This document shows positions 62,035-64,000 of a stretch of DNA of 64,000 nt, one piece after another. The position numbers were made by a program, and so were the translations under genes. This DNA comes from Octopus sinensis. Its lineage: Eukaryota. The stretch spans positions 33,356,001 through 33,420,000 of the forward strand of contig NC_042998.1 in the NCBI RefSeq assembly GCF_006345805.1. The letters run 5' to 3'. The notes below the pieces were generated by a model. It searched no databases, had not been told where the DNA came from, and saw only the letters and a program-made list of their open reading frames with translations. Position 1 is the first letter of the stretch. Each line of letters starts with the position of its first letter.

Positions 62035-63683
62035 TAGATATGTAACCATATGCATGAGAATACATACATAAAACAAAACAAACAAATCTGCACATATGCA
62101 TACATACATACATACTACATACATACATACAAACAAACAAACCAAAAATACCATGTTGTTGATGTTGAATTTCCAATGAAGGAGCTTTAGATCTAGGAGA
62201 GAAACTGGCTCTATCTCTACTAGCAAGAAATCTTGAAATAAAACTAAATAATTACATACATACGTACATTCATACATACATACATACATACATACATACA
62301 TACATACATACATACATACATGCATACATATATACATACATACATAAATGCATGCAGGCATACGTACATATATACATACAATATCTAAAAAAAATTATGC
62401 TTCTATGAATACCATTACAAAGCATTGTTCTTAATAATCCATCAGTTACACTACAAAATCAGTTACACTCCATTGTTTTCATCACTACTTTCTACATTTC
62501 TACATTCAATAGACTCGATCTCCAACTAAATAAAGGAACAAAACTTAGACAAACAAACAAGTTAAAAATTCAATGTTTAACACTTGGCATATTACTATGG
62601 TTATCAATATGGATACAAGCCAAAAAGCTGAATCCAATCCAATAAGCAGTGTGCATTCCTTCCAAGCTTTTTCAGCAGGTTTGTAAAACCGAGTCTTTGT
62701 TTCTGTGAAGGTTACCAATATGAGAGGTGTTCACTGCCACAAACAATCAATTCCTAAATAGTAGTTTCATATCAATCATATTAGTCATATATTCCTTTAG
62801 CCCTTTCTTACTGGTATCCCAATATTTTTCCAATAGATGAAAACGTTTTTTTTCTTCTTTCTTTTACTAGAATCATTGGTTGTATATTCTAAGGGAAAGT
62901 AAAACTGAGATTTTCCGATGCTCATACGTTTTCCAGTTGCATCAACAGTATAGGAGAAAAAAGGGACCCGACGGATGTCCTCCTTTATCCGTTTCCTGTA
63001 AAGTTTGTGGCTCTTAAATAAATGCAGTGCTTTATGTTATCAGATGGAAAGGTGTAAATTAATTGGGATGCTAAATTAGGATGTTGCTCCATTCATGCTC
63101 TCCTATATAGCTTTAAAATTGTCATGAGAGTAGCTCCAGCCAGAAGCGAAAACTGGATGACGGTTTCGGACCGCAGTACCCGTCTAATATACTCAGAAAC
63201 TAATTTAAAAAGAAACAATATTTGTAGTCGTTTAAATGCAGTTCAAATCTTACCGAGATTCATTTCGAGATTTATCAGTATGGACTCGATAGAAGAAGCA
63301 ATAATCTTTTCTACCATAAGCACGAGGCCTAAAATTTTGCTCAACTGGTATTTTTTCTATTGACCACGAAAGAATGAAAGGCAAAATTGACCTCAGTGGA
63401 ACGGTTACAACAGCAAATTCAAAATCTGGAACTTAGGTAACTAATTCCTGTGATATTCCTGTTTGAAGGAAAGAAACATTTAAATATTGTGTTGCTATTT
63501 AACGAAATACATTCATTTTTGACTTGTATTGAGTTCGATAAACGAACGGAAGCGCTAATAAGAATTATCCAAAGATTCTGACTGCCTTCCTTATCTCAAT
63601 ATACAATATCAGTACACCGCTTCAAACACTACATACACACACACACACACTCTCTCTCTCACACACACACACTCTCTCTCTTT

Positions 63684-63724
<41 letters not shown>

Positions 63725-63777
63725 CACACACAACACACAACACACACACACCACACACACACACAACACACACATAC

Positions 63778-63812
<35 letters not shown>

Positions 63813-64000
63813 AATACACACAAATACACACACATATATATATATATATATTATTGAGCGAGAGAGCAGTACATGCTATCAAATGACGCTGGGGTACAAT
63901 TATACGAAGCCCAGTATACCCTTCATGACTACCCGTCTGATAAGGGTACACCAGGCACATGCATCGCCACCATATGTGCGCGATATGGTGAACTCATACC

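Overview
Eukaryotic, AT-rich, repeat-saturated DNA, most likely from an octopod cephalopod. That assignment is my recognition of the SINE families and microsatellite load, not a search result. Two host genes are supportable. (1) The last four coding exons of a CHST15/GalNAc4S-6ST-like chondroitin sulfotransferase on + (2270-2426, 8987-9143, 11456-11603, 16877-17076), with GT-AG sites and phases all consistent. (2) Three coding exons of a putative secreted four-helix cytokine-like protein on - (59367-59605, 58327-58421, 56582-56938); exon 1 is uncertain and one junction has a phase mismatch. The rest is transposon-derived: three tRNA-headed SINE families, RTE, CR1 and R4/Dong-like LINE pieces, Penelope-like fragments, and mariner, hAT, Merlin, piggyBac-type and Helitron relics, plus local tandem duplications. 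The most striking unexplained signal is about ten minimal type I hammerhead ribozyme motifs in several repeat families. They include a tRNA-headed SINE-like carrier, a G3:C8 core variant inside a fold-back element, and two sense-strand copies in CHST15 introns. One SINE family also forms head-to-tail multimers with the same 14-nt quasi-palindromic junction at many loci. Repeat boundaries are read by eye and approximate; nothing was verified computationally.
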